This document shows, piece after piece, positions 22,313 through 31,929 of a stretch of 64,000 nt of DNA; position 1 is the stretch's first letter, and every line of letters starts with the position of its first letter. Under the pieces are notes generated by a model that searched no databases, was not told the origin of the DNA, and was given only the letters and a program-made list of their open reading frames with translations. The DNA comes from Akkermansia muciniphila (GTDB lineage Bacteria > Verrucomicrobiota > Verrucomicrobiia > Verrucomicrobiales > V1-33), in assembly GCA_945861415.1 (NCBI GenBank), contig CAMAUV010000004.1:75296-139295 (forward strand). The letters run 5' to 3'. The position numbers and the translations under genes are program-made.

Positions 22313-22574
22313 ATTAGTAATGCAGTGTGTTAGTTGGGTTAGGAAAAACGGGCCCGGCGGCAGACACGTACACTGGTACAAACTCACGCCACGCCCGGAA
22401 ATGGAGACCTGAGCTTTATGCACCCCTTTCCGGGAGTCAACCCCCGGAATTCAGACAGCGCAGCAATTCGCCGGGGTGTGCGGCGGAGGATGCTCTCGCG
22501 GCGCAAAGCGGCCGCGTGGAAATTGAGGTGAAGACGCTTGCGCGGGCGCCCCCCCGGGCGGCAATGGTCAGGCC

Positions 22575-23429
22575 ATGATTCCCGCAGAAGTCCACCAACT
22601 CATCCGCATGGCGCTGGCCGAAGATACTGGCAGCGGCGACATTACAGCCGCCGCCTTTGTCCCGGAAGGCAAGCTGGCGCGGGCAACCATTCTGGCCAAG
22701 GAGGAGGGAATTGTCGCGGGTATGGAAATCGCCTGCGCCGTCTTTCTGGAAATGGACCCATCTCTCACCGTGCGCGCATTTAAGAACGACGGGGACAGCG
22801 TGCAGTGTGCGGAGGCCGTAATCGCGCTGGAGGGCTCGGCCCGGAGCATTCTCACCGGCGAGCGCACGGCGCTGAACTTCCTCCAGCGGCTCAGTGGCAT
22901 CGCCACGCAGACCCGGCGCTATGTGAATGCGCTGGCCGGCGCTCAGACAAAAATCCTCGACACCCGGAAGACGACACCCGGCTGGCGCTGGCTGGAAAAA
23001 CTGGCGGTGCGCGCTGGTGGGGGCACGAATCACCGCACGGGACTTTACGATATGGTCATGGTGAAAGACAATCACCTGAGCGTGGCCGGGGATGTTGCCG
23101 AACTGCAGGCGGGCATTGACCGTTCGCACCGGATGCAGCCCGGTGTGCGCGTTGAGTTGGAGGCGGACTCAATGGATCAGGTGCGGAAATTTCTCACGCT
23201 TCGGGGGGTGAACGTGATCATGCTGGACAACATGCCGCTGGAGGAAATGCGTGCCTGTGCGGAGCTAGCCAGGGGCAAAGGGGTGCAACTAGAGGCCAGC
23301 GGCGGCATCACCCTTGAGCGGCTCCCTGAGATCGCAGCCACGGGGGTGGATTTTATCAGCAGCGGAGCGCTCACGCATTCGGTCAAGGCGCTTGATCTGT
23401 CCCTGGATTTTGAGGGCACCGCACTGTGA
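22575..23429 (+). CDS. nadC: nicotinate-nucleotide pyrophosphorylase (carboxylating)
   Basis: 284 aa with ALAEDTGSGDIT, TRKTTPGWR, GGGTNHR, MLDNM and EASGGI. Confidence 0.95.
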   Translation: MIPAEVHQLIRMALAEDTGSGDITAAAFVPEGKLARATILAKEEGIVAGMEIACAVFLEMDPSLTVRAFKNDGDSVQCAEAVIALEGSARSILTGERTALNFLQRLSGIATQTRRYVNALAGAQTKILDTRKTTPGWRWLEKLAVRAGGGTNHRTGLYDMVMVKDNHLSVAGDVAELQAGIDRSHRMQPGVRVELEADSMDQVRKFLTLRGVNVIMLDNMPLEEMRACAELARGKGVQLEASGGITLERLPEIAATGVDFISSGALTHSVKALDLSLDFEGTAL

Positions 23430-24214
23430 ATGAGGGGCCGCTCCAGTGGCAAGAAATCGCCGCGGCCATGGAGCCGCACGGCATCGTTGTGGAGTATGCC
23501 GCCACCACCGGATCTACGAACGATGATGCCCGCGCAGCCGCCCAGCAGGGCGCGGGGCACGGGTACACGGTCATCGCTGATGCCCAGCAATGGGGCCGCG
23601 GCCGCCGCGGCGCCGCGTGGCACAGTCCTCCGGAGAGAAACCTCATCGTGTCCACGGTGCTGCGTCCGGCCATGCCGCTGGAACACTGGTCGCGCCTGAC
23701 CCATGCCTGCGCGCTGGCGGTTTGCGAGACGCTGGATTTTTACTCCGACATGCCGGCGGCGCAGATCAAATGGCCGAACGACATTTATATCAGCGGATTG
23801 AAAGTGTGCGGCATTTTGGTGGAGAGTGTGCTGCACGCCCGAGGATCCTTCGCCATCGCCGGGGCCGGGGTGAATCTGAATCTCTCGCTCGATGATTTTC
23901 CTCCGGAACTCCGAGGCGCGGCCACTTCTGTCTGGTTGCAGCGCGGGGGACAGGAGGTGGCACGCGAGGACTTCGCTGGGTGTTATCTTCTGCGACTCGT
24001 GGAAAATGTGAGTCGTGCGGTGGTCGATTTCCCGGGCCTCATGGCAGACTGCGAACGCCGGAGTTTTCTGACGGGCAGGCGCATCCGTCTCACGGCGTCC
24101 GGACGCGACATTGAGGGCATCGCGCGCGGCCTCGGCCCGGCGGGTGAACTGTTGTTGGAAACCGCGGCCGGCATGAAGAGCATCACGAGCGCGGATTTAG
24201 TGAGAGTGACTTAG
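23426..24214 (+). CDS. birA: biotin-[acetyl-CoA-carboxylase] ligase
   Basis: GRGRRGAAW, IKWPNDIY and GILVE motifs. The GTG start overlaps the nadC stop (GTGA 23426-23429). Confidence 0.85.
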   Translation: MNEGPLQWQEIAAAMEPHGIVVEYAATTGSTNDDARAAAQQGAGHGYTVIADAQQWGRGRRGAAWHSPPERNLIVSTVLRPAMPLEHWSRLTHACALAVCETLDFYSDMPAAQIKWPNDIYISGLKVCGILVESVLHARGSFAIAGAGVNLNLSLDDFPPELRGAATSVWLQRGGQEVAREDFAGCYLLRLVENVSRAVVDFPGLMADCERRSFLTGRRIRLTASGRDIEGIARGLGPAGELLLETAAGMKSITSADLVRVT

Positions 24215-24543
24215 TATCTCACTGGTGCAAAGTGAACAGGTTTGCGACGAATTTCGGGCTCCTGTTGCGCCGGGTTAGTATTTTATGGCAAAGGGTTCAC
24301 TGCGCCGTTAGTGGACGGATTTTTTCAGATTCGGCCGGTTTCCGCCACAGCTTCATTCCCCGGGGAGGAAAAACTGTCGGATTCCGCCGACCGGCGTGGC
24401 TATTACAGCATGACAGTTACGGAGGAAGTCACTTTCCTCCCGCGGCGCTACTAAAGAGCCTGAAAAAATGGAGAGCCCACGGCTGCTGTGGCCATTTCTG
24501 GCACGGATGGTGCTTTTCAGTTTTCTGCGAAAGAGTCACTGAT

Positions 24544-24825
24544 ATGAAAAAGCAAACCGCCAGCCCCGCCAATACAGGGCGCAAAAAAGTCACCTTCACA
24601 TGGCCGACCGGGCAAGTCCCGACAGCTGTCGCCGGGGATTTCAGCAACTGGGAGCAACTCCCGCTCAAGCCGCAGGGCAAGGGCATGGCCCGCACCATGT
24701 TTCTCGCGCCCGGGGATTATCAGTATCGCTTCGTAGTGAACGGTGAATGGTGCTCGGATCCTGCCTGCCCGGAGTCTGCACTCAACGCATTTGGCTCTTT
24801 CAATAGTATTTTGCACGTAGCATGA
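24544..24825 (+). CDS. small CBM48 / AMPK-beta-like glycogen-binding domain protein
   Basis: 93 aa from MKKQTAS. VTFTWPTGQVPTAVAGDFSNWEQLPLKP...PGDYQYRFVVNGEWCSDP fits the CBM48 pattern. The ORF-track start 24232 adds an implausible leader. Confidence 0.7.
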   Translation: MKKQTASPANTGRKKVTFTWPTGQVPTAVAGDFSNWEQLPLKPQGKGMARTMFLAPGDYQYRFVVNGEWCSDPACPESALNAFGSFNSILHVA

Positions 24826-26474
24826 AGGGTGGAACCGGAGTGCTCAGCACGACCCCGTATGAGACTGGTCCCCAAGCTTTGTGGAGCGGATCCTCCGGAA
24901 ACAGCTTTCCCGCTACCCCTCTATCTACGACAGCAAGCCAGCAAATGCCCGGACCTAGAATCCTCATTGTCACTCCCGAGATCACCTACCTGCCCAGCGG
25001 AATGGGCAACATGGCGGAGCGCATGTCCGCCAAGGCTGGCGGTCTCGCCGACGTTTCCGCCTCACTCGTCTCCGCTCTTTATGATTTGGGGGCTGATATC
25101 CATGTCGCTCTGCCGAACTACCGGCGGATGTTCCACATGGATGTCTTCAATCTGCATGACAAGGAACTGCGCAAATACGCCAGTAAGCTTAGTCAGGAAC
25201 GCATCCATCTTGCGGAGGACCGGCTTTTTTACTACCGGGAGGAAGTCTACTCAGGCTATCAGGATGATGCTATGCGCGTGGCGCTCACGTTCCAGCGCGA
25301 GGTGATTAACAACATCATTCCGGCAGTCCGGCCGGACCTCATTCACTGTAATGATTGGATGACCGGCTTGATCCCGTCCTACGCACGGCGGTTGGGGATA
25401 CCCACCCTTTTTACCGTCCACAACATTCACACCCAGCGCGCGTCGCTCGCGGAAATTGAAGACCGCGGAGTGGATGCGGCCCAATTCTGGTCAAACCTCT
25501 ATTTCAACAACCCTCCGGCGAGTTATGAGGCCGCACGCGAGCACAACAAGGTCGACCTCCTCACCAGCGGCATTTTTGCCTCGCACTACATCAATACAGT
25601 GAGCCCGCGCTTCCTCTGGGAGATTTCTCAGGGATGGCACAGCGTGGTGCCCGATAGCGTGCGCCGGGAGCTTTCCTCCAAAGTATATGCCGGTTGTGCC
25701 CGCGGCATTCTCAACGCGCCCGATCCTTCTTACGATCCGCGCACGGACGACATGCTGGTTATGAACTATGGCCCGGAGAATTTCATGGAGGGAAAAGCCG
25801 CCAACAAACGAGCCCTTCAGGAGGCGCTCCACCTTGATATCAACGAAAACGCACCACTGCTGTTCTGGCCGTCCCGCCTCGACCCTGTCCAGAAGGGGCC
25901 GCAGCTCTTCTCAGACATCCTGTTTCAACTTGTGGATGACTACCGTGAGCGTCCGCTTCAGGTCGCCGTGGTAGCCAACGGGCCGCATCAAAGGCACTTC
26001 CATGACATCGTGAAGCGGCATGATCTTCATGGCAGGGTCAGCGTGGTCGACTTCGATGAAAAACTCTCCCGCCTTGGCTATGCGGCGGCGGACTTTATGA
26101 TCATGCCATCACTTTTTGAGCCCTGCGGGCTGCCTCAGATGATCAGCCCGCTCTACGGCACGCTGCCCGTCGTGCACGCCACTGGCGGCCTGTGGGATAC
26201 CATTCATCCGATGGATCAGGAGCGAAATACCGGAAACGGTTTCCGCTTTGATATCTATGGGGCTGATGGACTCCGCTGGGCCGTAGATCGGGCCATGGAG
26301 TTTCATGCCCGGCCGGCGCACAAGCGCCAGCAGCAGATTGAGAGAGTCATGCGCGAGAGCGTCACTGAATTCAGTCATGAGACCTGCGCCCGGCACTATT
26401 TTGACATTTACGAGTCTATGCTCAAGCGCCCCCTTGTGGCGAGGGAACATGGTCCTAGTGCGAGCAAGTCTTAG
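24822..26474 (+). CDS. glgA: glycogen/starch synthase (GT5 family)
   Basis: ILIVTPEITYL...KAGGLADVSASL, and a C-terminal GT-B half (PSLFEPCGLPQMISPLYGTLPVVHATGGL). Its ATG overlaps the CBM48 stop (ATGA 24822-24825). An alternative start is MPGPRILIV at 24945. Confidence 0.85.
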   Translation: MKGGTGVLSTTPYETGPQALWSGSSGNSFPATPLSTTASQQMPGPRILIVTPEITYLPSGMGNMAERMSAKAGGLADVSASLVSALYDLGADIHVALPNYRRMFHMDVFNLHDKELRKYASKLSQERIHLAEDRLFYYREEVYSGYQDDAMRVALTFQREVINNIIPAVRPDLIHCNDWMTGLIPSYARRLGIPTLFTVHNIHTQRASLAEIEDRGVDAAQFWSNLYFNNPPASYEAAREHNKVDLLTSGIFASHYINTVSPRFLWEISQGWHSVVPDSVRRELSSKVYAGCARGILNAPDPSYDPRTDDMLVMNYGPENFMEGKAANKRALQEALHLDINENAPLLFWPSRLDPVQKGPQLFSDILFQLVDDYRERPLQVAVVANGPHQRHFHDIVKRHDLHGRVSVVDFDEKLSRLGYAAADFMIMPSLFEPCGLPQMISPLYGTLPVVHATGGLWDTIHPMDQERNTGNGFRFDIYGADGLRWAVDRAMEFHARPAHKRQQQIERVMRESVTEFSHETCARHYFDIYESMLKRPLVAREHGPSASKS

Positions 26475-26506
26475 AGAGAGACTGGTGAGCCTTTAGAATG
26501 GGGAAG

Positions 26507-26525
26507 AGCAGGGGATTTCCCTGCT
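26507..26525. terminator. perfect 7-bp hairpin between convergent genes (possible terminator)
   Basis: AGCAGGG-GATTT-CCCTGCT lies between the glgA stop (26474) and the stop of the convergent isomerase gene (26540). There is no clear U-tract on either strand. Confidence 0.3.
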
Positions 26526-26539
26526 GGTGGTCACTTTGC

Positions 26540-27412
26540 CTACACGTCACAAAGCTTTACTGCCGCACTCAGCGAAGCCAGTTTGTCAGCGCTCTTAGGG
26601 ATGAACTCCTGCCCCACGTAGCCTTTGTAACTGCTGGCGGCGATCGCCTTCATGATGCCCGGATAGTGAATTTCCTGTTCGTCGTCGAGTTCCTGTCTTC
26701 CTGGATTTCCAGCAGTATGAATGTGGCCGACGAAGGCCTCGCACTCCCGATAGCGGCGAATGACATCGCCGTCCATGATCTGCACATGGTAGATGTCGAA
26801 GAGCATTTTCATACGCTCTGAGGAGATGGCCCGGCAGATGTCGAGCGCGTATTCAATATGATCGCACCAGTAATCCGGGTGCCCTTTCATGTTTTCGGCT
26901 ACCCGGGAGTTGAGCATTTCAAGGCAGAGGGTAACTTTCTTCTCCTCTGCGTATGGAACGATTTTCTTTAACCCGTCGATCATGTTTTTGCGCGCTAGCT
27001 CATGCGCCATGCCGCGCGTGAATCCTGAGAAGGTGATCACGCTGGGAACGCCGTGAGCCACGCAGGCGTCGATACTTTTCTTTAGTGAGGCGATGCACTC
27101 ATCATGCTCTTCTGTGTGCGCGAATCCTTTGGAAAATCCGTGACTGCCGGAGATGGCGCAGGTAAGGCCCAGCTTTTTCAACATCGGCCAGTGCTCCTGT
27201 CCTACTAGTTCCACGCTCTGGATGCCCATTCTTGCTGCGGCAGTGGCGAGCTCCTCAACCTTCATGGGATTGAAACACCAGTGGACCACACTCTGCTTAA
27301 TCCGCCCGTTTTTCGCGGTGTAGAATTCCTCAGCGGCAGCGGCGGGCGTGGAGAATGCGGCGGCTGAGCCGAGTCCGGCGGCGGAAGTCATGAAATGGCG
27401 GCGGTTTAGCAT
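26540..27412 (-). CDS. Tat-exported sugar-phosphate isomerase/epimerase (xylose-isomerase-like TIM barrel, hydroxypyruvate-isomerase-like)
   Basis: Twin-arginine leader MLNRRHFMTSAAGLGSAAAF. TIM-barrel signatures LCLEMLN, FDIYHVQIMDGD and GHIHTAGNPGRQE. Confidence 0.8.
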   Translation of the reverse strand: MLNRRHFMTSAAGLGSAAAFSTPAAAAEEFYTAKNGRIKQSVVHWCFNPMKVEELATAAARMGIQSVELVGQEHWPMLKKLGLTCAISGSHGFSKGFAHTEEHDECIASLKKSIDACVAHGVPSVITFSGFTRGMAHELARKNMIDGLKKIVPYAEEKKVTLCLEMLNSRVAENMKGHPDYWCDHIEYALDICRAISSERMKMLFDIYHVQIMDGDVIRRYRECEAFVGHIHTAGNPGRQELDDEQEIHYPGIMKAIAASSYKGYVGQEFIPKSADKLASLSAAVKLCDV

Positions 27413-27535
27413 GAGAGTGATGATTGTTCTGCTAAACAGCATACAACGGATGCGAATTTAGCAATTTGTGAATTGCGTCCGTAGAAATGGCTCTTCAGTT
27501 CCCTCCTGCGGCGCTTCCAGTGGGGACTTGGGGTC

Positions 27536-27658
27536 TTAGCACTTCAAGTCGAACGGCGACTGGTCGTCCACAACGATAAACAGGATGTCGGGGCACTTCG
27601 CTTCAGCGGCGACGCAGATTGCGCAGAGTGCGGCAAGGATGGTGAGGGTCCGCTTCAT
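27536..27658 (-). pseudogene. N-terminal stub (40 codons) of a further sulfatase gene
   Basis: MKRTLTILAALCAICVAAEAKCPDILFIVVDDQSPFDLKC* is a signal peptide plus the sulfatase N-terminal beta-strand/metal-ligand motif (ILFIVVDDQ). It starts 10 nt after the preceding sulfatase stop. No sulfatase-like sequence follows in any frame. Confidence 0.5.
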
Positions 27659-27668
27659 GGAACTAGGG

Positions 27669-29165
27669 CTATTTTGCGTAGTCTGCTCCTTTGAGACTCT
27701 TGATGACGGAGTCCTGCCATGTGCGCAGGCCGGTTTGAAGTTTGTCTGCGCGCCAGGGCTGCACAGAAGCGAGGTCGTTTTTCTCCGTAGGGTCGGCGGC
27801 GAGATCGTAGAGTTCGCGTCCAATCGCACCGTCCTTCTGCTCGCGGAGGATAAGTTTGAAGTGGCCGTCGATGATGCTTCTCGCACCGTGGTAGTCGGCG
27901 TCGATGATTTCGCCCGGGTGGCGGATGTTGATAAAATCGCGTGTCCACTTTTTGCCCATGCGCTTCGCGAGCGGCGTGGTGCCTTCTTGCAGAGCCGGAT
28001 CGATATACGGCTGCCGCGGCGTGCCCGCAAAGCGACCACCGTCGTATTCCCAGAAATGCAACGATGTGGGGCGTGCGTCGAGCTTGCCGTCGAGGACGGG
28101 CGCGAGGTCCATTCCGTCGAGCGGGCGCGCGGGAGCCGGCTGCCCGGCGAGGGCTGCAACGGTCGGTAGCAGGTCGCTGGTAGTTGCGCGAAAGCCCGTC
28201 GTCCGCGGCTTCAAAATGCGAGCGGGCCACTCCATGACACCCGGCACGAGCGTGCCTCCCTCGTAGATTTGGCCTTTCATCCCGCGGTGCGGAAAGCCGA
28301 GCGAGCCTTCGCTGGGCGTGCCGTTATCGCCGCAGTAAAAAAGGAGCGTGTTTTCGCGCAGGCCGGCGTCTTTCAAATGGGTGCGCAATTGTCCGATTGC
28401 GCGGTCCATGGCGGTGACTTCGGCGTAACGCTCGCGGAGCACTTCGCCTTGCGGACGTGTGACTCCGTCGCCGGTTTCGTTCGAAGTGAGTTTCACCTTT
28501 TTCGAATACTTATCGGGCAGGTCATCGTAGAGCGCGAGGTCCGCAGGCAGTGCGCTGTAAGGCTCATGCGGAGAGCCAAACCACACGACAGCGAGGAACG
28601 GTTTCCTTGTTTTTTTTGCCCGCCCGATGAAGCGGATGGTTTCCGTGATGAGAATCTCGGAACTATCGCCTTTGATCACTTCCGGCGGACCGCCGTTGCG
28701 CGACAGCGAGGGATTCATTTCGAAAAAGTTGTCGTGGGAAAGGCACTCGTGGAAGCCCATTGCGAGAGGGCTTACGGGCGATTCCTTTTTCACCGCGCCG
28801 ACGTGCCATTTGCCAAAGTGCCCGCAATGGTAGCCACCCTTTGCGAGCAGGTGCGCCATGGTGATTTCCTCCGGACGAAACGACCAGCCCGGCGCAAACG
28901 TGCCCATACGATTCGGGTGCCGTCCGGTGAGAAAGCTGGCGCGTGTCGGCGAGCAGTTCATGTGCGCCGAATAAAAGCGCTCAAAGCGCAGACCGGTGCG
29001 CGCCATCTCGTCGAGAACCGGCGTTTTTACGTGCGGATGGCCGTTGTAGCCGGTCTCCTCCCAGCCGTGATCATCGCCCATCATGAGGATGATGTTTGGC
29101 GGCGCGGCGGGCGATGAAGCCGCAGCGGTGTACGCGAGGAGGACTGCGATGAGTAGGTGCTTCAT
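27669..29165 (-). CDS. sulfatase (arylsulfatase A family, Cys-type)
   Basis: Signal peptide, PNIILMMGDDHGW, and the formylglycine motif CSPTRASFLTGR. Confidence 0.9.
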   Translation of the reverse strand: MKHLLIAVLLAYTAAASSPAAPPNIILMMGDDHGWEETGYNGHPHVKTPVLDEMARTGLRFERFYSAHMNCSPTRASFLTGRHPNRMGTFAPGWSFRPEEITMAHLLAKGGYHCGHFGKWHVGAVKKESPVSPLAMGFHECLSHDNFFEMNPSLSRNGGPPEVIKGDSSEILITETIRFIGRAKKTRKPFLAVVWFGSPHEPYSALPADLALYDDLPDKYSKKVKLTSNETGDGVTRPQGEVLRERYAEVTAMDRAIGQLRTHLKDAGLRENTLLFYCGDNGTPSEGSLGFPHRGMKGQIYEGGTLVPGVMEWPARILKPRTTGFRATTSDLLPTVAALAGQPAPARPLDGMDLAPVLDGKLDARPTSLHFWEYDGGRFAGTPRQPYIDPALQEGTTPLAKRMGKKWTRDFINIRHPGEIIDADYHGARSIIDGHFKLILREQKDGAIGRELYDLAADPTEKNDLASVQPWRADKLQTGLRTWQDSVIKSLKGADYAK

Positions 29166-30559
29166 TTCCCGGCTTTTTTCTTTTTCGGAGCGTCGCCGTC
29201 GACCTCTTGCTTAGAGTTCCTTGGCATTCGTTCGAGAGCTTTCATTTCCGTCGGCTGGCCTTCGTCGCCTTGTTGCTTCATCCACGCATCGAGCTTCACG
29301 CGGAGGCCGGAGAGCTGTTCGGAGTACTTCGGATCGCTCGCGAGGTTGTCGCGGTTCCACGGGTCGTTTTCACAATCGAACAATTCTACCGCAGGACGGT
29401 TTTGGTAATCGTGGACGAGTCGCTGCGCGTTTGCGTCCCCGTTGGCGGCGAGCTTTTGCCACGACTTGAAGTTGAGGCTGCTCGTGGCGGCGTTGCTGAA
29501 CTTCACTTTGGGCGTGAGATTGCGGATGTATCGGAATCGCGCATCGCGCACCGAGCGGATGCCGTAATAATCGGAACCTCCGCTAATGCCGCGCGTGGTC
29601 TGCAATCCGAAGACGTGCGTCTTGTGAGTCGTCGCCGCGCCGGTGAGCACCGGAATCAGGCTGCGACCATCGAGAACCTCCGGACGCGCAATATCCGCTG
29701 CTTCGAGGAAGGTCGGAACCACGTCTACATACTCGATGAGCGCGTCGCTCACCGACCCGGGCTTCACCTTTCCGGGCCAGCGCGCAATGCAGGCGCTCGC
29801 GAGCCCGACATCGTAGCAAGTCCATTTCGCGAACGGGAAACTGGTGCCCTGCTCGCTGACAACAATGACGAGCGTGTTGTCGCGATGCGGAGATTTATCG
29901 AGCATGCCGACGAAGTCGCCGACCTGCGAATCGAAGAAAGTGATTTCGGCGAGATACTTCGAGAAACCTGCGCGCGTATCGGGCGTATCCACGAAGACCG
30001 GGGGCAACTTCAGCGACGCTGGCGGGTAATGCGAAGGGTCACCCTTGTCCCAGGGCGAGTGCGGCTCGTTGGATGCGGCGATGAAAAGAAACGGCTTCTT
30101 TGAATCCGTGCCCTTTTTGAGCACGGCGGCAAACGCGGCAGGGTCGGGGTTGTTGCCGGTGCTGCTGTGTTCGAACGGAAATACGGATTTCGGTTTCACG
30201 TGCGTCTTGCCGGAGAGGTGCGTGGTGTAGCCCTTGGACTGGAGATAAGTCGCGATGCTCTTCACCCAGTCGTAAGCCATCGTGTGATTCGGATACGCGC
30301 CGGACTTCACAGGATAAAGACCGGTGTAAAGTGCGTGCCGGGTTGGCGAACACATCGGCGCGGCCTGAAAGCAACGGGTGAACTTCATGCCTTCACCCGC
30401 GAGCTTCTCGAGATGTGGCGTTTTCGCCTGACCACCATACACGCCAAGATCGCGATAGGTGCAGTCGTCAGCGATGATCAGCAGAAGGTTCGGCGGTGCA
30501 GCGTGGGAGCGGGCGGAGAAAATGGCAACGAGTGCCATTAGGTAGATAAATCGGATCAT
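29162..30559 (-). CDS. sulfatase (Cys-type)
   Basis: PNLLLIIADDCTY and CSPTRHALYTG. Its stop overlaps the downstream start (ATGA 29162-29165). Confidence 0.9.
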   Translation of the reverse strand: MIRFIYLMALVAIFSARSHAAPPNLLLIIADDCTYRDLGVYGGQAKTPHLEKLAGEGMKFTRCFQAAPMCSPTRHALYTGLYPVKSGAYPNHTMAYDWVKSIATYLQSKGYTTHLSGKTHVKPKSVFPFEHSSTGNNPDPAAFAAVLKKGTDSKKPFLFIAASNEPHSPWDKGDPSHYPPASLKLPPVFVDTPDTRAGFSKYLAEITFFDSQVGDFVGMLDKSPHRDNTLVIVVSEQGTSFPFAKWTCYDVGLASACIARWPGKVKPGSVSDALIEYVDVVPTFLEAADIARPEVLDGRSLIPVLTGAATTHKTHVFGLQTTRGISGGSDYYGIRSVRDARFRYIRNLTPKVKFSNAATSSLNFKSWQKLAANGDANAQRLVHDYQNRPAVELFDCENDPWNRDNLASDPKYSEQLSGLRVKLDAWMKQQGDEGQPTEMKALERMPRNSKQEVDGDAPKKKKAGK

Positions 30560-30609
30560 GCGGCTGATTATTTTTTAGAGTCAGGTTGCTGGTTCTTCTT
30601 GTTCTTCTT

Positions 30610-31929
30610 CTACGCCTTCTTCTCCGCCTTGTTCTCCAAATTAATCGGCCGCTCCAGTTCCGCAGGCCGCGCGTCTCTGAACTTGTCTAGCGCCACCTGA
30701 AGTTTGCCCCGCGCGGTGGTCTTGTTTTCCGTGAGGGTGGCGGGATTTAGAGGCTTGTTTTCGAACGGGTCGGACTTCAGGTCGAAGAATTTTCCATCGC
30801 GGTAGAGCTTGTGGTCGTGGTCGAACACAAACTCGCTCACGGTAGCGTCTTTACTCTGCCGTGGGGAATACCAGTGATAAAGCCATTCGCGCGGCGCTCC
30901 TCTTTCCCCGCGCAACTGCGGAAGAAAGCTCAAGCCGTCCACGTTGATTGGCACCTTTGTGCCGGCAGCTTCGCAGAGCGTCGGGAGAAAATCTGTGCTG
31001 CTGATGAGGTCGCGGCTCACGCGGCTTTTCTTTATCACGGCGGGCCAGTTCACGATCATCGGCACGTGGTGGCCGCGCCGTGTCGTCGTGCCTTTGCCGC
31101 CCTTGTAGTCCGTTTCGGCAAAGCGGCTGGTGATGCTCGGAAGCGTGCCATTGTCGCCGATGAAAAGAAGCAGCGTGTTCTCGCGGATGCCGAGTTCGCC
31201 GAGCTTCGCATCGAGGTGACCGATCATTTTGTCCATGTAGGCGGTCATGTCGGCGAAGTGCTTCTCCTTCTTGTTCACGTTTTCGCCTTTCCCCTTCGGG
31301 TCCCAGTTTGCGCTGTCGGGCGTTGGCTGAAACGGCGAGTGTGTGAGCATCATCGGGTAGTAGAGAAAAAACGGCTGTGCCTTGTGGCGCGCGACGAAAT
31401 CGAGCACGAAGTCGTTCACAAGTTTTGGCCCGTAGCTGCCTTCGGGGAATTCCTTCTCCTCGCCGTTGTGTTCAAGGCCGGGATTCGCGTAGCGCGGCGG
31501 ACGACGCGTGTGCTGCCACAAAAACGACTCGTCGAACCCGAAGTGCTTCGGCGAGTCCTTTTCTTTTCCGAGCTGCCACTTGCCGCAGATGCCCGTGGCG
31601 TAGCCGGCTTGTTTTAGCAAATGAGCGAAGGTCGTCTCCGTGTGCACCAGCGTGCCGAAGTCGAGATAGTTCCGAACGTTGTAGCGTCCCGTCATCAACT
31701 GTACCCGGGTCGGAGTGCAGAGTGGCTGGACGTGGCATTGCTCGAAACGCATCCCGGCTGCGGCGAGCCGGTCGAGGTTCGGCGTTTGATAAGACTGCCC
31801 ACCGTTTGCGGTCACGCACTCGTAGCCGAAGTCATCGGCCATGATGAGGATGATGTTCGGCTTCTCCGCCGCGTTAGCCGTCGCGAAAAACGCGAGGTAA
31901 AAAACAATGATGAGGAAGTTTCGTTTCAT
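30610..31929 (-). CDS. sulfatase (Cys-type)
   Basis: Start taken at MKRNFLIIVFYLAFFATANA (31929). PNIILIMADDFGY and CTPTRVQLMTGR. The ORF-track extension to 32169 lies inside the upstream gene. Confidence 0.9.
   Translation of the reverse strand: MKRNFLIIVFYLAFFATANAAEKPNIILIMADDFGYECVTANGGQSYQTPNLDRLAAAGMRFEQCHVQPLCTPTRVQLMTGRYNVRNYLDFGTLVHTETTFAHLLKQAGYATGICGKWQLGKEKDSPKHFGFDESFLWQHTRRPPRYANPGLEHNGEEKEFPEGSYGPKLVNDFVLDFVARHKAQPFFLYYPMMLTHSPFQPTPDSANWDPKGKGENVNKKEKHFADMTAYMDKMIGHLDAKLGELGIRENTLLLFIGDNGTLPSITSRFAETDYKGGKGTTTRRGHHVPMIVNWPAVIKKSRVSRDLISSTDFLPTLCEAAGTKVPINVDGLSFLPQLRGERGAPREWLYHWYSPRQSKDATVSEFVFDHDHKLYRDGKFFDLKSDPFENKPLNPATLTENKTTARGKLQVALDKFRDARPAELERPINLENKAEKKA

Noticed and set aside
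22313-22440. A TTGACT...TAAAGC promoter-like pair upstream of ppdK.
   Set aside because: The -10 match is poor, and I have no knowledge of promoter consensus for this lineage. It is not supportable from sequence alone.
27585-28266. Several 190-210-aa ORFs (27536-28159 upstream part, 27585-28169, 27655-28230, 27904-28266) overlapping the first sulfatase.
   Set aside because: They are alternative frames or strands of the 27669-29165 sulfatase gene with no motifs. Only the last 40 codons of 27536-28159 (the sulfatase stub) are meaningful.
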